A stretch of 64,000 bases of DNA, taken from assembly GCF_009914755.1 (NCBI RefSeq), contig NC_060948.1. One strand, 5' to 3'. The position numbers and the translations under genes are program-made. The notes under the pieces were generated by a model that saw only the letters and a list, made by a program, of their open reading frames with translations, had not been told where the DNA came from and did not search any database. The DNA comes from the human T2T-CHM13v2.0 reference genome, Homo sapiens. Position 1 is the first letter of the stretch; the number at the start of each line of letters is the position of its first letter. Below are positions 58,422 to 64,000 of the stretch, in pieces.

Positions 58422-59785
58422 TGAGAGGTGACAGCGTGCTGGCAGTCCTCAGAGCCCTCCCTTGCTCTCGGCACCTCCCCTGCCTGGGCTCCCACTTTGG
58501 CGGCATTTGAGGAGCCCCTCAGCCCCCACTGCACTGTGGGAGCCCCTTTCTGGGCTGGCCAAGGCCAGAGCCCACTCCCTCAGCTTGCAGGGAGGTGTGG
58601 AGGGAGAGGCGCGAGTGGGAACCGGGGCTGCGTGCGGTGCTTGCGTGCCAGCTGGAGTTCCGGGTGGGCATGGACTTTGTGGGCCCCGCACTCGGAGCAG
58701 CCAGCCAGCCCTGCTGGCCCCGGGCAGTGGGGAACTTAGCACCCGGGCCAGTGGCTGCGGAGGGTGTACTGGGTCCCCCAGCAGTGCTGGCCCACCGGCG
58801 CTGCGCTCGATTTCTCACCGGGCCTTAGCTGCCTTCCCGCGGGGCAGGGCTCGGGACCTGCAGCCCGCCATGCCTGAGCCTCCCACCCACTCCATGAGCT
58901 CCTGTGCGGCCAGAGCCTCCCCGACGAGCACCACCCCCTGCTCCACGGCACCCAGTCCCATCGACCACCCAAGGGCTGAGCAATGCGAGCGCACGGCACG
59001 GGACTGGCAGGCAGCTCCACCTGCAGCCCCGGTGCGGGATCCACTGGGTGAAGCTAGCTGGGCTCCTGAGTCTGGTGGAGACGTGGAGAGTCTTTATATT
59101 TAGCTCAGGGATTGTAAATATACCAATCAGCACCCTGTGTTTAGCTCAAGGTTTGTGAGTGCACCAATTGACACTCTGTATCTAGCTGCTCTGGTGGGGC
59201 CTTGGAGAACCTTTGTGTGGAAACTCTGTATCTAACTAATCTGATGGGGATGTGGAGAACCTTTGTATCTAGCTCAGGGATTGTAAACGCACCAATCAGC
59301 ACCCTGACAAAACAGGCCAGTCGGCTCTACCAATCAGCAGGATGTGGGTGGGGCCAGATAAGAGAATAAAAGCAGGCTGCCCGAGCCAACCTTGGCAACG
59401 TGAAGGGTTGTTCTTTCGCTTTTTGCCATAAATGTTGCTACTGCTCACTCTTTGGGTCCACGCTGCTTTTAGGAGCTGTAACACTCACCGCGAAAATCTA
59501 CAGCTTCACTCCTGAGCCCAGCGAGACCACGAGCCCACCGTCAGGAATGAACAACTCCAGACGCGCTGCCTTAAGAGCTGTAACGCTCACCGCAAAGGTC
59601 TCCAGCTTCACTGCTGAGCCAGCGAGACTATGAACCCACCAGAAGGAAAAAACTCCGAACACATCTGAACATCAGAAGGGACAGACTCCAGACGCGCCAC
59701 CTTAAGAGCTGTAACTCTCACCGCGAGGGTCCGCGGCTTCATTCTTGAAGTCAGTGAGACCAAGAGCCCACCAATTCTGGACACA
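58422..59785 (+). mobile_element. LTR12C (ERV9) solo LTR
   Basis: tgagaggtgacagcgtgctggcagtcctc start, ccaccaattctggacaca end; TSD atat (58418-58421 / 59786-59789); U5 repeats agagctgtaacactcaccgcga. Confidence 0.95.
59100..59400 (+). promoter_or_regulatory. LTR12 promoter: CCAAT (NF-Y) boxes, GATA, TATA-like AATAAAA
   Basis: CCAAT at 59123, 59164, 59292, 59330; AGATAAG 59356; AATAAAA 59365. Confidence 0.7.
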
Positions 59786-60048
59786 ATATATTTTGGTATT
59801 CCTCATATTTGGTGGATTAGAAAATAAGACTAGCCTTTTATAAATGATATGCCTGAAGATTTGTTTTAGGATTTAAATGGTTTCTGGGCACTTTGAGGAA
59901 GGTTGGAAACTGTAGAAAAATTTGTCTTTCTTCTAGTTCTTGGCAATAAGTCTCTTTCTCTAAGGAGAAGTTACTTAAAATATTTTGTGCTGTACACCTC
60001 TTTGGAATTTGGCTAAATCTCATGGAACTCTTATGAGAATAATGTTTT

Positions 60049-60537
60049 TGTGAAAGAAAAATAAATTTGGGGATCTAAAAATCACTAAGCTAAAAAAAAA
60101 AAAAGCCAAGCTTGGAACTGCTTAGGGCAAACCTGCTTCACGTTTTGTTCAAAGTTACCCCTCTGCTCACTGAGGTAAATGTGTATTTGATTACCTCCTT
60201 TGGAGAGGCTGATCAGAAACCGTCCCAAAGTGCAATCATTTGTCTCTTGTCTACCTATGACCTAGAAGCCCCGTCCCCATTTCAAGTTTCCTGACTTTAC
60301 TTCAAGTTGTCCTGCCTTTCCAGACCAAACTAAAAAGTTTGTCTAAAAATGTTCATCTTACATATGTTGATTGATGTCTCATTTCTCCCTAAAGTATATA
60401 AAACGAAACTGCTCTGATCACCTTGGGAATATGTTGTCAGGACATCCTGAGGCTGTGTCATGGGCAAACATCCTCAACCTTGGGAAAATAAACTTTCTAA
60501 ATTAACTGAGACCTGCCTCAGATATTCAGAGTTCACA
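60049..60537 (+). mobile_element. MER4A-like 5' LTR (ERV1)
   Basis: tgtgaaagaaaaataaat...aaatcactaagctaaa start; aattaactgagacctg...gttcaca end. Confidence 0.85.
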
Positions 60538-63500
60538 TTTTGGTAACCATAAGGGATTCTCAGTGGAGTTGCCTCTGACCTTTGTCATATCTCCTGTTGG
60601 TGCTTGGTACCAGCATGAGTTAAATTTATGGCTCAAACCAATAGGACAATTTGCTGAGGTCTGTGAGCACCCCCTCCAGAGAATCCCTTATCTCCCCAAA
60701 TTTGGTCAACATCTAACATTTATTTTGCTCTACAACTCCTGTTTTTTTTTGAGCTTTACTTGCATGCAACAAGGAAGACAAGATTTCCTGCTTCCGTGAT
60801 AATCAAAAGCAGGTAAATCCTTTATATAGTTTGAGCTCACTCCCAGCAGGGAAGATGAGTTTGAGTTTTTCCTGCTTCTAGGATGAGAGAGAGCAGTCTT
60901 CAGCCTGAGACCCATCCTTAGGTAATTAGCTCAATTAGGGTTTTGTCTTGGCTAAAGTTTAACAACCAGCCCAGCTTAACTTCTTCCTACCATTAGAGCA
61001 CTCAGTGATTATACTGTTGGGTTTTTTGTTGTTGTTGTTTGTTCCAGTCTTTCTCCCATTGGATTTGACCAACTCTTCCCGACTAGGTCAGATTCAAGTG
61101 AGAATTCCAAATTATGGGTAACAAAGCCTCTCTAATTTGGCTAAAATGTCTCACAGCTGCAAAATAGGGAAAACAACTCCAAAAAATAAAACAAAACAAA
61201 AACCCCATGGACTTGGTTTCTGTGTTTTCTTCCTGTCTTAAAAAAAAAAGTTATTTTATTTACTTTTCTTTCAGCCTATACCTCTTTTCTCCTTTGCATC
61301 TGCAGTACCAAAAAATCTAGAGAAAGTTTGTAATGACTGGAACCCCTTTAAAAAATTCAGAACAAAGACACCACTCATTCCTTTTGGGTGTTCTGTTTTC
61401 CTTGTGGAGTTTCAAGAGTCATGGACACATTCTTCTTAGGGCGAAAGCTGTTTTTCTGTGTTGCATGACCTTACCTCTTTGGCTTTGGGGGTACCAGAGA
61501 TGACTTTGTACTGTGAGAAGATTTGATCTTGGCCTGTGTAATGGCAGATGAGAGCTACAAAGTTAGGGGTAGCTGAGCATAGTATACAGGAATTGGTCTC
61601 GGCTATTTTTTTATTTTAATTTTAGGAAGGTGTAGTTAAAAGATCCTAATTCTAGTTCAGAGATGAATTCTATAAGGTCTTCTCTATTGCTTTTTCTCCC
61701 AAAATTCATCTTGATTTGACTTGTCTGCTCATTTGCATGATAAAGTGAACTGCTCTTTTTATAGGCAAATGACAGACTGAGTTTTCTCAGCTCCAGAAAG
61801 AAAGAGCAGTTTGCTCTTTCTAGCTTAAAGGTATCCCTGGGTGACGAGGGCCTTGTGAGAGTGTCTGGAAGTTGACCTGCTGTGACATGCAGCAGCCCTA
61901 CAGAAAAATCCCCAACAAAAATTAATTGAAAAAAAAAAAAGGCTTATCCAGGGAATGCATGTAAGTGCTGGTCACCTGTTGTTTTGAGCCCTCTCAGAGG
62001 TCATATATCTCTGGAGAGAGACACTGAGACATATTTTAAGAGGGTAAAAATGACTCAGTGGTGACATAATGTGGAGTCCTGCACACAAGCAGCACACATC
62101 TACCCACCAGAAAAAAACCCTAGGCCACAGCTCAGTTCCTTCTTTTAAGAAAAAGAAGTGGGAAACTATCTAAGAATGAGGAGAAAGCAAAGTGAATGAC
62201 CCCCTTGTGAGCACTCTAGGTTTTATGGCACCTCTACTTGCCAGAGCTTATGTGAAATGGAAGTAATATGTTCTTTATGCACATTTACATTAAGGAAAAC
62301 GAGCCCTAAGGATGACCTGCAAACTACAGAGTTCCCAAGTCCTCTTTTTCTCTTTTTTTTTTTCCTTCTTGCTTTAAAACTGCTATTTTTCTATTAAGAT
62401 AAAAACTGCTGTTTGGATTTAACAGGTTTTCTTTTTTTTTTTTTTTTTCATGCTGATGAATTTGTATTTACCTCATGGCTACAGTTCTGAAGTAAAAGTT
62501 ATAGGATCTTTGTATGTGTGTGTATATGATGTGTGTATATATTTAAGAGGCATTTATAATTTCTATAATTTTATGTTCAATTGTCAATTAAGTCCATTTT
62601 AATTTCCCTCGAGCACACCAAACTTTTTCACTCTGTACCTTAGGATGTAAATTTTGCTATTTGATTCTCACCTTAGTTATTTCCTTTAATATGCGAATTT
62701 AAGGCTATTCAGCTGAAAATTGTCTAAGATTTTGAAACTGTTTATCAAAAATTTAAAAGTCTAAGATAGGGAAAAAAATTTTATGAATCTATAAGATGTA
62801 CTTCTATTGGTATGCCTAATATGTCTATGTATATATGTGTTTTGTACCCAATGTTTTATTACTGAAAATATATAAAGAGCTCTAATTAATTAATTGGCTT
62901 AAAATAAAAGTGGTTGAATCAAATACTTTGTCAGGAAAAAAGAAAATACTAGTCGGATGCTTTTTCGAGTTTATGTAACAAGTAAAATCTTTAAGAAATA
63001 AGCTAGGTTTAAAATTATTGTTAAAGTAATATTAGAAATGTCTTAATGGCTAGCATACAATTTTGTTTGCATTTTTTAATCAAGCATTTTTATACTTATC
63101 TCTGCCAAATACTATAAGGTGTTAAAATTTGAAATACGGGTTAAAAAGAATGATTTTTGCTTGTGCAATCTTTAATAAATAATACATTGATATTGGTTTA
63201 ATGAAAACAGCTGCATCTTGAATTTAATAAGATTACTATAACTTCTAATTCTGTGGCTTTAGGCGGTCTAGTCCACAGGCAGTAAGGTTTGTTTTTGGAA
63301 TGGACTGTTATCATCTTTGTTTCAAAGCTAAAATATATAATAAGTTTCTTCCAAAGTTAGTTTGGCCTATGATCATGAATGAACAAGGACAGCTTGAAGG
63401 TTGGAAGCCAGATGTCTCAGTTATAATTTTGCAATGGCAGTTTCATAAGTTCAGCTTTCATTAATAATTTAGATAAACAATTAAAATAAAATAATTAGAT

Positions 63501-64000
63501 AAATGTAATAAGATAAATACTTGTAGACAAACTGATCATAATTTAGAATCAAAAGCTACATTAAATTAAATGAGAGATATTTCATTGTGTATTTTCCAAT
63601 AACATTTGTAGAAAAATATTTTTTTCTAAAAAAACTGTGTCTCTTTAGAAAAGTGAGCAATTTTTTTTCGAATTTAAAGCTTATTTTAAGATTATGAAGT
63701 AAGGTAAAAGGAACCAGGAGACAGCAGAGATATAAGAAAGTTATAAAAATAGAGAGATAGGGTTTTTTTTCTTTTGATAAGAAAGCTTAAAGAGAAATAA
63801 TTTTATATGAGAAAGAAATCTTGTATGGTAAATTTAGTATTAGAATAATATGACTGGATGTTTAAGAAAGAGAGATGTTCAGGACAAACCAGAAATTCCA
63901 AGCATGCATGAACAGTCTCTGTAACTCAAAATAGGAGGATTTATATAAAAAATTTAAAATCTTTCATATAGTCAGGTTGTCTATGATTAAAGAGTAATTA
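60538..64000 (+). mobile_element. MER4-group internal sequence (non-coding), runs off the window
   Basis: Directly follows the LTR and PBS; leader-like then AT-rich internal region with no gag/pol ORF. Confidence 0.75.
60541..60559 (+). other. Primer-binding site (tRNA-Arg-like)
   Basis: tggtaaccataagggattc, 3 nt after the LTR end. Confidence 0.6.

Noticed and set aside
58325-59633. Cluster of overlapping ORFs up to 213 aa
   Set aside because: All lie in the GC-rich LTR12C U3/R; low stop density explains them
59470-59735. Regularly spaced direct repeats resembling a CRISPR array
   Set aside because: These are the known LTR12 U5 tandem repeats; the intervening sequences are similar to each other and the DNA is eukaryotic

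Overview
Primate (human/great-ape-like; AluY and LTR12C present) AT-rich, gene-poor genomic DNA made up mostly of interspersed repeats. I find no credible protein-coding gene, RNA gene or CRISPR array. Nearly all ORFs in the track are broken L1/ERV frames or Alu, LTR or microsatellite read-throughs. The window contains two deeply nested L1 stacks (about 6.9-18.7 kb and 42.6-57.0 kb), two ERV-L proviral remnants (RT-side, and IN/dUTPase-side), many solo LTRs (MER50, THE1D, MER9, LTR1, MST, MLT1, LTR12C), the 5' part of a MER4-group provirus, about a dozen Alus/Alu monomers, and MIR/L2 relics. The best second-look items are two apparent L1 3' transductions defined by host-element rejoining and TSDs, an LTR12C promoter with an altered TSS region and mutated poly(A) signal facing a MER4 provirus, and a repeat-poor island (about 35.9-40.3 kb) with a candidate TATA promoter/first exon. 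I do not see a convincing novel biological system. Subfamily names come from recalled consensus sequences and need RepeatMasker/Dfam confirmation; boundaries of old elements are approximate.
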